A stretch of 64,000 nt of DNA. Origin: Rhina ancylostomus (lineage: Eukaryota). Location: contig JARFYF010000053.1 of assembly GCA_030265395.1 (NCBI GenBank), forward strand, positions 16,200,636 through 16,264,635, written 5' to 3'. The first letter of the stretch is position 1, and the number at the start of each line of letters is the position of its first letter. Below, one piece after another: positions 1 through 13,719 of the stretch. A program made the position numbers and the translations under genes. The notes beneath the pieces were generated by a model, which was not told the DNA's origin, did no database searches, and saw only the letters and a program-made list of their open reading frames with translations.

Positions 1-14
1 TCCAGCATTTTAGA

Positions 15-346
15 GTGACAGAGTCATACAATATGGAAACAAGGCCTTTAGCCAGCTGAATTCATGCCAACCATCGAACACCCTCTAATCCCATTTTATT
101 GTCCCCATCAACTCCCTCCAGATTCCATCATCTACCCAGACATTAGGGTCAAACTTACAGTAACTAAATAACCTTCCAACCCACATATTTTCTGGATCTG
201 GGAGTAAACCGGAGTACCTAAAGGATATCCATGTAATCACAGGGAGAGTGCACAAACTCCATACAGAAAGGACTGGAGGTCGGGATTGAACTCGAGTTAC
301 TGGAACTGTCAGGTGACAGCTGTACTGGTTGCACTACTGTGCCATC
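15..346 (-). mobile_element. tRNA-derived SINE with CR1-like 3' tail
   Basis: Reverse-complement similarity to the SINEs at 22576, 26106 and 37615 (GGAGTAAACCGGAGTACC...CAAACTCC). Confidence 0.7.
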
Positions 347-624
347 GCCGTTGTTTTAGCTTGCAGTTGTTCAGGGTGAAGGCAGAGGGCAGAATGGTGA
401 ATAAGCAGGCTGTGGGGGTAAGGAGACTGAGGTGATTGTCACCTCCAGATTAATCTTACTTTACCAGCTGGTTTCGCCAGTGGAGAATAAGGCTCAGTGG
501 AGGTATGATCAAGGTGACTGTGGCATTTGATAGCAAATTCAGTTGTGCCCTTTAATTTGAGTGGGTGTAAGGTGACAGACCAAGAAGAGATGGGAGTGAT
601 TGGTGATAGGCAGAACAGCTATTG

Positions 625-1105
625 AGCATATAAAACATATTGAGCATAACACCACATCTGAGCACGTTACAGAAACCAGCCTCCCCTCCATGCACTCTGT
701 CTATACCTCTCTCTGCCTTGGTGAAGCAGCCAACATAATTAAAGACCACACCCACCCAGGTCATTCTCTCTTTACCCCTCTCCCATCAGGCAGAAGATAC
801 AGGAGCCTGAGGGTACATACCACCAGGCTCAAGGACAGCTTCTATCTCATTATTATAAGACTATTGAATGGTTTCCTAGTACGATAAGATGGACTCTTGA
901 CCTCACAATCTACCTCATTATGACCTTGCACCTTATTGTCTACCTGCACTGCACTTTCTCTGTAGTTGTGATCCTTTACTCTGCATTCAATAATACTTTA
1001 CCTTGAATTACCCCAATGCACTCTGTAATTAATTGATCTGTATGGACAGTATGCAAGACAAATTTTTCACTGTACCTCGGTACAAGTGGCAATAATAAAC
1101 CAATT
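625..1105 (+). mobile_element. Rex1/Babar-type non-LTR retrotransposon 3' end
   Basis: ORF C-terminus HPGHSLFTPLPSGRRYRSL..TTRLKDSFY; 3' UTR shared with the copy at 44846-45660. Confidence 0.8.
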
Positions 1106-1529
1106 CGAATTTCAATGTCACTGGTACTTTTCTGTTACATGCTATTCCTATTGGCAAGTTCCAGTTTATTCACCCTGTTGTTATTTAATATTTCAGCATT
1201 TCAGCTAGCTTGGCTTTTCACTGAACAGTTGATCACAGAGACTTGGACTTGTCAACTTTTTGAACATATTTCTCATCAATTTTCACATTTCCAATTTCAT
1301 AAAAATCAGAGTTCATGTAATGGTTCAAGTATTCTTCATTCCTCTTCCCCCTGGTACTTTTCTCTATTTGTCCAATTGAGTGTAAACTTCCTCTGGACTT
1401 TCAGCACAATCGACCACAGCATGGTGGTTATAAATTGGTTTTCATCCATCCTACTCACTTCTTTAATCATCTGAACAACTCAGTTACACTGGTCCCCTAA
1501 ATTTACAAGTAAGACAACCCCAGGATGTT

Positions 1530-1735
1530 GAAGCAAGAAACTGCAGATGCTCGAATCTAGAGCAACAATCTGCTTGAAGAACTCAATGGGTCAAGCAGCA
1601 TCTGTGGGGGGAAGGAATTGTTGACATCTGGGGTCGAAACCGTACATCAGGACTGAGAGTGGAGAGGGGAAATGCCGGTATGAAGCAAAGAAGGGGTGGG
1701 GTGAGACAGTAGTCCAAGGCAATTGGTGGGCAGAG
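1530..1735. mobile_element. Penelope-type short element end
   Basis: CTGCAGATGCT...GAAGAACTCAATGGGTCAAGCAGCATCTGTGG family, also at 4292, 15880, 26886, 30670, 40140 and 40885. Confidence 0.55.
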
Positions 1736-2880
1736 NNNNNNNNNNNNNNNNNNNNNNNNNNNNNNNNNNNNNNNNNNNNNNNNNNNNNNNNNNNNNNNNN
1801 NNNNNNNNNNNNNNNNNNNNNNNNNNNNNNNNNNNCACCACCTTGAAAGACAACTTGAAATGCTGGCTGGGTCAGAAGCACCCAGGTTCCAAGAATGAAT
1901 TGAATTTTACTTTAGTTTAAAGTGTTTGCTCTGTCCCAGACCCAGGTTGTGTAACTCAGGTATCTATTGCTGCTATTGGCCATGAAGCTTTCCATTCACT
2001 ACAGCTAAATCACATTAACCATGCTTTTAAGACATGATGTTGAGATCTATGAACAGATAAGGATAGATATTCCAACGTTCATGAGAAAGAATTGCCTAGA
2101 ATTGGGAAAGCAAATGTTGCCCTTTATACTGTGATTTATGAAAATAGAGGATTTTAGTATCAAATACCACAAGATCATCAATCACTTCTAAATCTGGGCT
2201 AGAGAGAGAAATAAAGCGAGAGAGGAGAATGTAGAAAGAGAGGTCGGATGGGGGAGGGAAGTACAGCCAAAGAGAGACAGAAGGAGAGAGAAGCTGGTGA
2301 GAGAAATTGCTCAGCCTCACCTTATTCCCATGGTCCACGCTGGCAGCCTCATCACACAATTGGGAATGAAAACGTCGTGGATCTCGCAGCTGTAACATAT
2401 AACCTACCATCAGACTGCTAGTCCCTGGATTCAGGCTCGCAGAGTGGAACCTTGGAGGAACATGAAGTAACTAATCAGACAATGTGGGAGAACTACAGCA
2501 GTTCAAGGATAAGTTTCAACCCTCACCATTTGCTCAATGGGTAACTTTTAGTTATCAACATGTCAGTACAAAGTTGACCATCAATTAGCAAAAAGGTTCC
2601 ACTGTAGTTTGTGCATGTTTTAACATGAGTTCTCAAGAAAGCCAGAACTTTCATTGATGTTTCTGTTTGAACTTGCATCAGCAATTTAGATCCCTTCTAC
2701 ATTTTTTAAATGGCTGTCTGGACATCCTTGTTACAACAAGGATTCCCTCCAACTTACAGACTTGATCTAGGCTAAATTTGGGGGGGGATATAGAGATTCT
2801 GCTTTGTATAGGGCAGTAAAGAATTTTGGTTCTTGGCAGGGATATGCTTGTCCATCTGCTAATGCCCTCATCCTCAGTAT

Positions 2881-2884
<4 letters not shown>

Positions 2885-2933
<49 letters not shown>
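2885..2933. repeat. (CA)n microsatellite
   Basis: Perfect CA run. Confidence 0.98.
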
Positions 2934-2938
<5 letters not shown>

Positions 2939-4999
2939 ATGTGTTAAAGCAGATTAACAATTGATGGACAACGGAAGACATTACTGGATCCAGATGAATT
3001 GGGCTTTATAAAGGCATTTTCTGTCCTCAGTCCTGGTTCTGTAACATTTGACCCAGGATCCAATGGCCAGAAGAGGTTGTTAATAGTGCAGGAAATTTTT
3101 ATGGTCATTTTGTGCATTGAAAATTTTTGTATGTTCAGAAGTCCACTGCATTTTACACTGAAGCCAACACCACCTTTTGAACTAAGAAATGTCTTTTAAA
3201 GGCATTTTGAATGTGATTGGTTCAGTCCTCTTTTTAATAATCACACAAAGGGTTAATCTCCCAGTTTACATGTCGTGACATGGCCCTAAACATTTTCATT
3301 CATTCATCCTGAATGGCAACTAGAATACTGTAAACAGTAAGATTCCACACCTAATCGACAGACATACTCACAAATCACAGAAGTAGAGCATTATAATCAA
3401 CAGTCTCAAAGTGGAGAGGGAAATGATTATCATATTTAAAAACTATACGGATATGCACATTAAATTCCTTTATCTCCAAGGATGCAGATCAAGAATGTGT
3501 GAAGTGGGAAAAGGCTGGATAGCTAATTGCCAGCTTTCATCGATGCAATGCCTTCCTGTACTGTGAATTTCTATGATTTTATGAATCTAGGCCCTGGCCC
3601 AATCTATTGCCCAGCCCAAAGTGCCAGCCTTGGCTTAATGTGCACCTGTTCTAGAGTCTTCCCGAACGGACCCACCTGGAGGTTTGAACACCCATCCATA
3701 AGATATCAAGTTTTGCACAGAAAATGAAATAAAACAGTAAACCAAAAGAATGACAAACTATCAATAAACAGACAAGAAAATCCTTCAGACAATACAAAAA
3801 CAAGAAAATTGTACATGTTCTCATGTGATAATATATATTAAATATACAGTGAATATATACAGCACTACTAACCAACAACAGCATGAAAATATTCAGCAAA
3901 ACTTCTGTAATTTTCTTAATTTAACATAATGTACACAGACATATACAGGTTCAATGTACAATATAAATATCTTTAGACTATTACTACATTTTCTAAGTCA
4001 CACAAATACCAAATTGGCCAATACTCTACCTACAGAGGCCAGAGGTGCAGCAATTGCAGGGCTTTAGCAATAATCGCGCACCAGGGCAAAGGATTCTGCT
4101 CCAGAAAGGGATTTAAAGACAGAGAAAATTAACCCTGTGGCTGCTGGCAGTTCCTGGAATTTTATGTTTTTTTGTATCGGCCTTTTGATTTGAGCTTACT
4201 CATTGTGATCCTGAGTGGTTATTGGGCAGTAAATAGATTGCTGTAATAGTAAATAGATAAATATGCTTAAAACAATTCACAATTCATTGTCAGAGACACA
4301 AGAGATTCTGCTGATGCTGGAACCTGCAGCACACACCATAGATGCTGCCTGACCTGCTGATTTCCTCCAGCATGTTGTTTTTGCTCACAATTCCTTGTGC
4401 TTTTTCTTAATCACTTCTCCCACACAAATTTTCTGTGTATGCTAAATGTGCGTTGAACTCCATTTATGAAATGTACATATGGTATTATATCATGCATTTA
4501 GCTCATACATCAGGGGACAAATTTCCTTTGGTGTCTTACATTCTATTTGACTTTATTTCATGTCTGGCTTTTATCCATAAATATTAAAAGTCTTATGCTT
4601 GCAAAGCCTTCTGTTAATTTTCATGCAATAAAATTTTACAACCTGATTTACAGTGAAGGTGCTGCAGAGCCATCCCTGGCAGGAAGATGTCATTATTGCA
4701 TGACTGGTTTACATAGACTCAGCCCATTCTCAACATGGGGACAAGAACAAACAATGAAAGTAAGAGGGCATCAGGTGATGGTTCACAGCTCATTGTGCAA
4801 GTTATGTGGACAGATTGTTGCTATACATTGATGGCAGTGCCCTTCCTTCACTTCAAGCATTGAAAGTGACCAAACTTCTGTGTCCCTGTGCCATATCTGT
4901 AGCCTCAGCAGTGAATCCCCTGATAAGTAAATCATGCTGGAGAGATGGCAGAACCAACTACTCACATTTCGCAATGCCCAGCCCTTATAAGTAGAGGAA

Positions 5000-5330
5000 T
5001 ATCAGTGGTGATCAGTGACCATAAATCCCAGATCACCATTGTAAGTAACTGGCTACCATAACCATATTAGTAACTGGTTCCTGTGTCAGTTTGGCTCACT
5101 GGTCACTATGTTGGTGATAATCATTACCATGGAAGTATAAATTCTGTTGGTGTTAAGCACTGGTCACTATGTGAATAGTTCCTGGTTACTACATTAATGT
5201 TAATATGGTCTCCTAGTCATTGAAAATCACAGGCCACTGATACAATGTTAATAACTGGCACCCATATCAGAGTAAATCAGATTATTGTGGTTAGCTGCTC
5301 AGATTTTTACCAGTCAAAGGTAAACCCACA
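5000..5330. repeat. Degenerate ~30-bp tandem repeat
   Basis: Recurrent ACTGGTCACTAT/AACTGG motifs. Confidence 0.5.
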
Positions 5331-8064
5331 GGCACTGGAAATTGTGTGGACTCAGTAAATGCTGGAATTAAACAGTGGGTCCAGTAAGATGAGAAAGACC
5401 CAGAATAAATATTTTTCTTGGCGACAACTGTTCCTCTTTTGAATACCTGCCATTTTATATTTCCAGCACTTCTTGTTTGTAATCTTGTGAAACTCTCTGG
5501 TCATTTATTGCCCAATTCGGAGCTGCTTTCAAAGGCTTGGCACCCATGCTGATTCACACGGTGGAAGGAATGGTCAACTCCTAACCTACAGAGGAACAAT
5601 GGGAAACACTCGTTCTCTACTGTGCATTGCTTGCATTGGCTGTTTGTTTGGGTGAGAGGTCAGGTAAGTATTAACCAGGTTTNNNNNNNNNNNNNNNNNN
5701 NNNNNNNNNNNNNNNNNNNNNNNCCCATAAGTACTCAAGGGGTTAATGCAGTACAATGAGGTTCCTATAATACTACAGAGCATAAGTGTATCATTGCATT
5801 GACCCAGATAGGCTCTGGACTCAGTTCTGTCAAATGAAGACTGATTATAATTGGATTAAAGCCAGGCTTGCTTCCTCCATTTTTCCCCTACTTTCTCCTC
5901 TCTTATAAGTGACAAACTAGAGAGAGAGTTGCTAGGCATGTCACTTATCACTGGTCAGCAGCCACTGATTGGCAGCTTTCTGTGACAACTGTTCTCAGTG
6001 TGAAAGACAGAGAGGAATAACAGAACAATCCAGTCATTCTGGGTTTATTGTGTAAGAACAGAAAATTCAGAATCCTGGGAATCCATACCGAGGGGACTCA
6101 AATAATAAATTCATTGTCTTTACCAGACGTTGTCTGTAACCATATAGTTAATCATGGAATTTGGGAGCTTGGTCATAACTACTATCTCACTAACTTGCAG
6201 TGCACTCTTCCTTGCCTGCAGTACCAGGTACCAACTGTTGATGTCTCTGGCACCACATAAACAGGGATTTAAGTACAGGAGCTACTTCGTGGTTGCAAGC
6301 TTAGGAAAAGCCGTATCGCAAAGGATATGCTGCAAATAATTTTCCATTTCCATGTCCATCTAACAATTTCTTAATTTTAATGGATGCTAATATGAGATTT
6401 AAAGTGAGATGATGCCAGTTGAAAGCACTTTCAAAAACAAACTGATTAAGTAGTTAAAGAAATGAAATCTGCATGTCTGTAGAGAAAGAGCAGGGGCACA
6501 GGGATAGTTCATTCAAACAGCCAGCACAAGTGCAATGGAGCAAATGGCATGCTGTCCCACACGATTTCATATTCCAATTAATTGCTGCACCTCTAGGAAT
6601 AATAAAGTGCAATGGACAATTATATCTGATCCATCTGATTTTACAACTTGAAACAAAATCAACACTGGAAAGCTGAAATCTATATACCTCTGAAACATCA
6701 GGATATCACANNNNNNNNNNNNNNNNNNNNNNNNNNNNNNNNNNNNNNNNNNNNNNNNNNATGTGCTATTACATTAACTGGGCTCCACAGAAAGGCTAGA
6801 ATAATTCCCTCCCCAAATACATGTACTCACACTACTTTACCTAAAGTACCAATAACACATACGGGACTGTTTACTACTGGTGTCTAATCCAAGTACAAGT
6901 TAATCTCTGAACACTATACAAAGTGCAACGATTAATCTTCAGGGGCAGCTATGTGCTGCCTATTTAGCTGTCGATTTTGCAAGCTTTAATACTGCAATTT
7001 TCAAACCAACACTGATTGGTCAGTGATATTAAGACTAACTGCCCTCAACAACCAAGATGGTTGCTAATTAGCACTGAGATTTGAGAAACTTTGAGGGGGA
7101 TGTTTGTTGGCTCTGAATATCAATGCCCTTTGAGTGACTAACCCTGGAGATTAGCTTCTGCTGGACCTGCTGTGATATGTCTGAATTCAACAGGAAGCAG
7201 TGAAGCTTAATTAGACTTTTTAAACAATAAAATTCCAATAATCCGATATCCAATTGGTTGGAAACTCTGATAGCTTGGCATCTGGCTCATTCATTAATAC
7301 ACTAACCCTTGATATCCATGGATCTGCTATCCACAGATGTGCGTACTTGCAATGTTGGGCCTGTGTGACTGAGAGTGTAAGCTGGGTGTACGGCCAGAGC
7401 TGGGTTACAAGCCGAAATTTACAAGCTGAAATTCTCTGGGTTCTGTTTCCATACTCCCTTTAAATTTTCCAGAGTTTAGTTCCCTTCCCCTCTAAACTCA
7501 ATGGATTCACTGGAAAACTTACTACACCACTGTGTAACATGTGACAAAAAGTGAAACAAAAGATTGTTGGAATAATACAAGTAACATCCAATAGTCTAGC
7601 ATCATCATCATCCCAAGCTTCCCATTATTGGAATGAGAGATCTCTGCTCAATGTAAATCAGCCTGGGGTTGGATATTGTGCTTATTCCCGTGATTGGAGA
7701 GGAATGCAAAAACCTGCTTAAAATTTGCATATAAATTCTCGGCTGGAAGAATTTAATCTTCCCACCTATTCCCTTCATCCACTGAGGCACTAATCTTGCT
7801 TTGGAATGTTCCTCAAGAACTCTTAAAGATCTGTCAGTCTAGCCATGGAATAACGACGTGTTATTTGACTGTGGAAGGCATCACAGGAGTCATTGGATAG
7901 CAGTCTGGAGTGTTTATGCTGATGATTGTTTTTACTACCAGTGGTATAGTGCCAGGTCTGGCTATGCTAACATGGCATAATCGAGACTAAGTTGTTTCTA
8001 TCGGATTGCAAGGAGAACATTGCAGCATTAAGGCATTGGGGAAAATTTCATTTTGTGTTATAAA

Positions 8065-8440
8065 AAGCAAAGGAGAGAAGGATGGAATACAAGAGGTGAG
8101 AGGGTGAGGGAAGTGCGTAGAGAGGAGGAGTACACAGAGGGAGAATATTGAAGATAGGATGAAGGGTGAGTGGGGAAGGGAAAGCATGGAGAGTTAGAGG
8201 TGGGGAAGGTGAATGAAGGGAAGAATAGTGGTGGATAAGTGAGTGGAGAGAAGGGTGAAGAGAGGGAGAGATGGAGGGTGGCGAGTGGAAGGGAGTGAAT
8301 GGTGGGTGACTGAGTGGAGAGGTGGCTGAGAAGAGAGAGGAGAGGGAAAGCTGAGAGGGCAAGAGGAAATTGGCTGATACCGTCATGAATTCCTGTACAA
8401 GCTCTTTCTGGGTGTGTGGTGGGGGGGGGGGGGGTGCGGG
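8065..8440. repeat. Purine-rich low-complexity tract ending in poly-G
   Basis: GA/GGA-rich sequence; G run at about 8421-8434. Confidence 0.8.
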
Positions 8441-9344
8441 AAAACATGGGAACCAAACGAAAAGTGTGGAGGCTGACAGCAAGTTTGAATTCTGCTTTTG
8501 AGGAAAACAGCCAGAGCTGGAGGCTTATTTATTCATTGCCTCCACTATCATTGGCATAACTACATTCATTGCCCATTACAAGTGATCTGATTTCAAAATG
8601 TAGTTGCTGTGGGAGCACAGCTTGGTTCAGACCCAGGTAAGGCAGGAAATTTCTTTAAGGAAAATAGTGAATCTGTTGAAATTTTATGACACACCAACAG
8701 CTTCATGATCATTTATCCTAATTCCAGTTTTTTACTTCCTGTTTTTTTTAATGAAACAGTATTTAATTCTGGAAACAATTGTAGGATCTGAAATTACAGC
8801 TATCAGTGAAGCAGCAGAACCACGACACAGCCAGGTCCATTTCTACTGAGAGGTGGCCTTCTTTTTAATGTACTTGTGACTCTGTAAAAAAAGACCATCT
8901 TGTATTACTTTATGAGATTATTTGCCCAGATTTGAGGACATTTATGGCCTGGATTGTTAGGGCTTTGTCTCAGTAATGAGGAACTAGAGAGTAAAAGATT
9001 GTATTCAGAATACAGAAATATTTATGAAAAATGTAACATGTATTAAGTGTTATTCAATGTACTTGCTTTCAGAGACCTGCTCTTCTTATAGTTGATGATT
9101 CCATGTACCAATATGGTCTTGTCATTTGTGCTTGGTTGAGAGTCTGCCTGCAGGTCTATGGTTGATGATACGTGGAAGTTAATCTACCTAATGGGGGAAT
9201 CTTTCCCTTAAATGCGATATCACTTGTGCATGAATGTATCAATCCACATAATGAGCTAGCCCTGGGTTAGTACAAACACTGGATCAGGATAATCAGTGGG
9301 TCCATTAATATAGCCTTAGTATTAGTACATGGAAGCAAATCCAA

Positions 9345-10600
9345 ACTCAGAATGCACTTAACATCTCTGCTCAAACAGCAAGTACATGCAGCATCTGTAC
9401 TCACCAGCTGCCAGTGCTTGTAACATCCTACAAACATGTGGCCAGTACATATCACATCTGTACTGAGGTCTGACTCATGGCAATACATAGAACATCTGTA
9501 TTGACAAGTGACAAGTGAGTGCCACATTTATATTGACAACACAGCTGGTACTTGCAACATTCAAGTACTGATGCATAGCAAATGTTACTATTTGTACTTG
9601 CATTATCTATATTGATACCTAGCTAGTACTTTCACATCTATAACTGCATGTCAAGAGCATGCAACAGTTGTACAGACATGACAAGAGCATGCAACATCAC
9701 TACTGACACATAATATATGCACACAATATCTGTACTGAAATACTGCTAGTACTTGCAATGTCTTCACTGATACGTACATAGCCCGTACACACAACATCGA
9801 TACAGACTTTGCAGCTAGTGCATGCAGCATCAGTAGTGACACACTGCTCATGCAACATTTGTATGTCATAAGGCTAGTAAACAACATTCAGATACACTGA
9901 GATGGTACATGCAACCTTTGTACAGAGACAGAGCTAACAAAGGCAAAATCTCCATTGATGTGGGTAGTATGTAGCATTTGTTCTGACACAAATGACATAC
10001 ATGCAAGATCAATAGTAATATGGCTAGCACATGCAACATTTGTAGTGACACATGACTATTCCATGCATTGCACTAATGCATTCCAATCTTGCAACTTTTT
10101 TACTGACAGACAGCAAGTACATACAACATTTCTGCTGATGCATAGCAAGTACATGCAACAACTACATATAGATATGGCTAGTCAATACAAATTCTGCACA
10201 TGCCTAGTGTATGCACTGTTCATACTGATACATGGCTAGCAGATATAATATTTGTACTGACACACAGCAAGTACATACAACATCTATATAGAGTTAAGAC
10301 ATGCAACATACACACTAAATATTTGGCTAGTACTGGCAGCATCCATATTGTTACTTGGCTTTTACATGCAACATCCATTTTGACAGAAGTCCGATAAGTA
10401 CAGCATCTGTACTGATGTGGCTTCTACATCCAATATCCAACAACACAGTATGTATATGGAATGTCTGTACTGACACTGATACGACATGAGACACCTGTGT
10501 GGACATCCAGCAAGTACATGCATTTGTACTGACATATGAGTTTATATGCAGTATCTGCATTTAATACAGTATGAGTCTTCCTGCATCTATATTTATGAGC
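9345..10600. repeat. Diverged ~31-33-bp minisatellite downstream of the SLC6A17 stop
   Basis: Many variants of ACACAGC(A/T)AGTACATGCAACATCTGTACTG. Confidence 0.8.
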
Positions 10601-10942
10601 AGGCATAGATCTAATATATAAAGTAGTTGTACTAAATCAGGGCTGAGAAATATAGTGCTTGTGCTAAAAGTCTATTTGACATTTGTGCTGATTGTGCTGA
10701 CAGAGAATGTGCAGTTTTTGTACGGCCAGCAATAATATGAAAGTATATTTTATCTGCTTATGCAGGTGGAGGATATACTGCAATTTTGCTGAATCAGGGT
10801 CAGCATATATATTGGTTGATACATTTCAGTATATAGATAAGAGGTTACTGTGCATAATGCCTGTATTATTATAAGGCTTGAATTATACAGAAATCTGTGC
10901 TTTTAAAGGCAGAGTTTTTGTGATACTTGTGTTGATGGAGGA

Positions 10943-11001
10943 ATATATATATCTATATATATCTATATATATATATAGATATATATAGATATATATATAT
11001 A
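10943..11001. repeat. (TA)n/(TAGA) microsatellite
   Basis: Direct observation. Confidence 0.9.
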
Positions 11002-11340
11002 TTCTGTGCTGTCTTGGGAGGTATATGTGTTGCCTGTGCTGATATAGGGCCAGGTTGATTAAAATACATTCTCAATGTCACAGGCAATGCTTGCACTGAA
11101 ACAGGTCCAGCATCAAATCCAGTGCCTACACTGCTGAAGGTCCAATACTGGATGAGCCTATCATTGACCATTCTGCTTACACTATTTGGATTGGTTATAT
11201 ACCAGCGAATATCATTGTCAAATTGATTTAGTTGTGAGTTGTGTGCCCTAGTAGCAACTGATGATTAATCGTTGCACCACGTCCTGTTTCACTTTATATT
11301 ACAAATGCATTTTGAGCTGAGTATCCCCTCTCAATCCACC

Positions 11341-11706
11341 TTAGAGTTCAGATTCAGGAGTGCTTGCTGATAGGTAGCCAACCCCGTATCGTCCATTGGC
11401 AGCAGTCATTTCCATTGGCGAGATGCTATCAGGTCCATTATAGGAGCGATGAGTGGGCATTGGGGAAGGCGTCTCACTGGGGATCTTGCTTAGGATGAAC
11501 CTGGTCTCATCATGGTCATCCAAGTTGGATATATCTTTCATCATTCGACCTCTTTTGTATGAAACAGATAAAGTATTGGACCCATCGGATACAAGGTGAA
11601 AGTGGCGGGCAATGAAGACAATAGGAATGGGAAGAATTCCCACCACAATCAGTGTAATGGTCACTCCCAAGGCCCAGCCTGGGAATATCAGGAACTTCTC
11701 CGCAGC
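11341..11706 (-). CDS. SLC6A17: SLC6A17 exon 12 coding part (TM12, C-terminal tail, stop)
   Basis: TATCTAG|AAEKFLIFPGWALGVTITLIVVGILPIPIVFIARHFHLVSDGSNTLSVSYKRGRMMKDISNL...SPMPTHRSY...STPESEL-TAA. Confidence 0.97.
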   Translation of the reverse strand, partial: AAEKFLIFPGWALGVTITLIVVGILPIPIVFIARHFHLVSDGSNTLSVSYKRGRMMKDISNLDDHDETRFILSKIPSETPSPMPTHRSYNGPDSISPMEMTAANGRYGVGYLSASTPESEL

Positions 11707-11959
11707 CTAGATATAGAAAAATTAAAGCTAATTATGTTGACCATTGTATTTAGCAGATAATAGACAATTGGGTTATTTCAATGCTCATGCCCATGGACCC
11801 TAACAGTTTGTGAACCCACCAACAGTGTGCTACACAAGTGACTTCACTCACACGGACTAACAAGTAGAATTCTTCCTCTAAAATTACAGTCAAATGGTGA
11901 CTCCCACATTTGAACAACCCCTGGACTCATAGGCACACACAATCATTGAACATGTATAC

Positions 11960-12510
11960 TTGCTCACCAGCTACACTCAATGGCCCTTTACAATCACCAA
12001 TATCCCCACTCACAGACCCACTACACTGACTCCCCCACTCATACTCACTTAACCCACCCCCCCCGTACTAATAGACTCTCTTCAGTCAATCACCCTTACA
12101 CTCACTCAATATCTTCACTCAGTGACTTCTTATACTCCCTGACCTCCACACACAGAGACTTCCTGCAGAGACCACCGACACTCACTATTCCAATACTCAC
12201 AGACCCACTATACTCACTGGCCCCTCCCTACACTCATTGACCCCTACACTTATTCTCCACCTATTCTTACTGATACTTTATACTCACATCCTCACCCACA
12301 AAGCCCCACATTCACAGGTGCCCAATCCTCACTGACACCTCCCCATATTCACAGATCCCCTTCACTTACTGATGTACTACATTCACTCTTTGCCTACACA
12401 CACAGACCCGCTACACTCACTAAGCCCCACAATTACAGACCTTTTCACCCCCATAAACACAAACCCCCTAACATTCAGACCACCTATGCTCACTCACTGA
12501 CCCTCTACGC
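11960..12510. repeat. C/A-rich degenerate tandem repeat in intron 11
   Basis: Recurrent TACACTCACTGACCCC. Confidence 0.7.
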
Positions 12511-12648
12511 CTCCTGACTCCCTAGAAGTCAAGGGCATAATCCTTGCCCTAGCTTCCCTTTCATTCAGACAGATATAACAAGTCACATCCATGTGACTAT
12601 CAACCCCACCCCTTGTTAAATAATCATGCTGTGGACATATTCTTTTAC

Positions 12649-12811
12649 CTCCTCCATTATCCAGGCATTGTATCCTGGAGGAGTGATGCCCATCTGAATA
12701 ACACTGGTCACCATCAGGATAACCATGGCCAAAGGAGAGACGTACTTCCAGGTGTAGTAGTAATAGGTGTACGGAGTGAAGCCCAGCATTTCTGTTAATT
12801 CCTGCATGAAT
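12649..12811 (-). CDS. SLC6A17: SLC6A17 exon 11 (163 nt)
   Basis: CTTTCCAG|A FMQELTEMLGFTPYTYYYYTWKYVSPLAMVILMVTSVIQMGITPPGYNAWIMEE|GTAAAA. Confidence 0.96.
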
Positions 12812-13719
12812 CTGGAAAGAAGCATCAACAAAATGTGATGCCTTCAATGTCTGGATTCCTCCATCTTTCTCTGTTCACTGATAACACATCACTTGAACAT
12901 GCAGAGTTTAGCAACATTGAGCAACACAAGTCTGGACATCATTTTCAGAACTCTTATTTGTATTGGAGTTGCCCCTGCAGTTAATAGTCCACACGTGTAG
13001 AAGATGGCTTTTGATGTACCTGCAAGGGCTGCTGCTGTGTGACCTAAAGGAGGACCTCCCTATGCAGAACCTGGCCTGTTGCTGGGAATCCAATTCAGCT
13101 AGGTTTGTCTTTTATTTATTGGTTCGCCTTTGGGATTCCACACTCACCCCAACCTCCTAACCCTGCACTGATCCCCAACCACACTACCATGTTCACAGTT
13201 CATGCCCAGTTCAATCCCCACCCACTTACTGAACCTCCAAACAGAAAATTCCAGGCTTCTCCTTCACACTTACAAATGACATTCAGCAATGGACCTTGGC
13301 CTGGCTCTCACCTCTGATCCATGATGCTCCTTGCACCCTCCTTGTAACTACCCAGAACCAGCCTTCTTCTCATACTTACCTGGTTTCATTTGTGAACTCG
13401 GCACTCACCCAGTGCGTGAAGGAAAGGCTTTACTTCAAGCAAGACCACAGCAGTAGCCTATTATCAGAATTGACATTGAAATACTGCACAGTAACTGGTT
13501 ATTGTGTCTCTGCCGGCATTGAGGAAGGACCAGGAGAGTGCCTCAACCACTCTCAAAATATTCTGGCAGGAATGTTAGACTTTGCCCATCAGGATTAGCT
13601 GATTCAGTGAGCTAGGCACTGATCTTTCACCTCTGCAACTGACAGGCTAGACACCACCATTCCACCTCCAAGGAGTCTAACTGCAGGAAGATTATGAATT
13701 ATGGGAAGATTATGAATTA

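Noticed and set aside
9345-10600. CRISPR-like appearance of ~32-bp repeats
   Set aside because: Units are contiguous and degenerate with no unique spacers, in a vertebrate locus with no cas genes.
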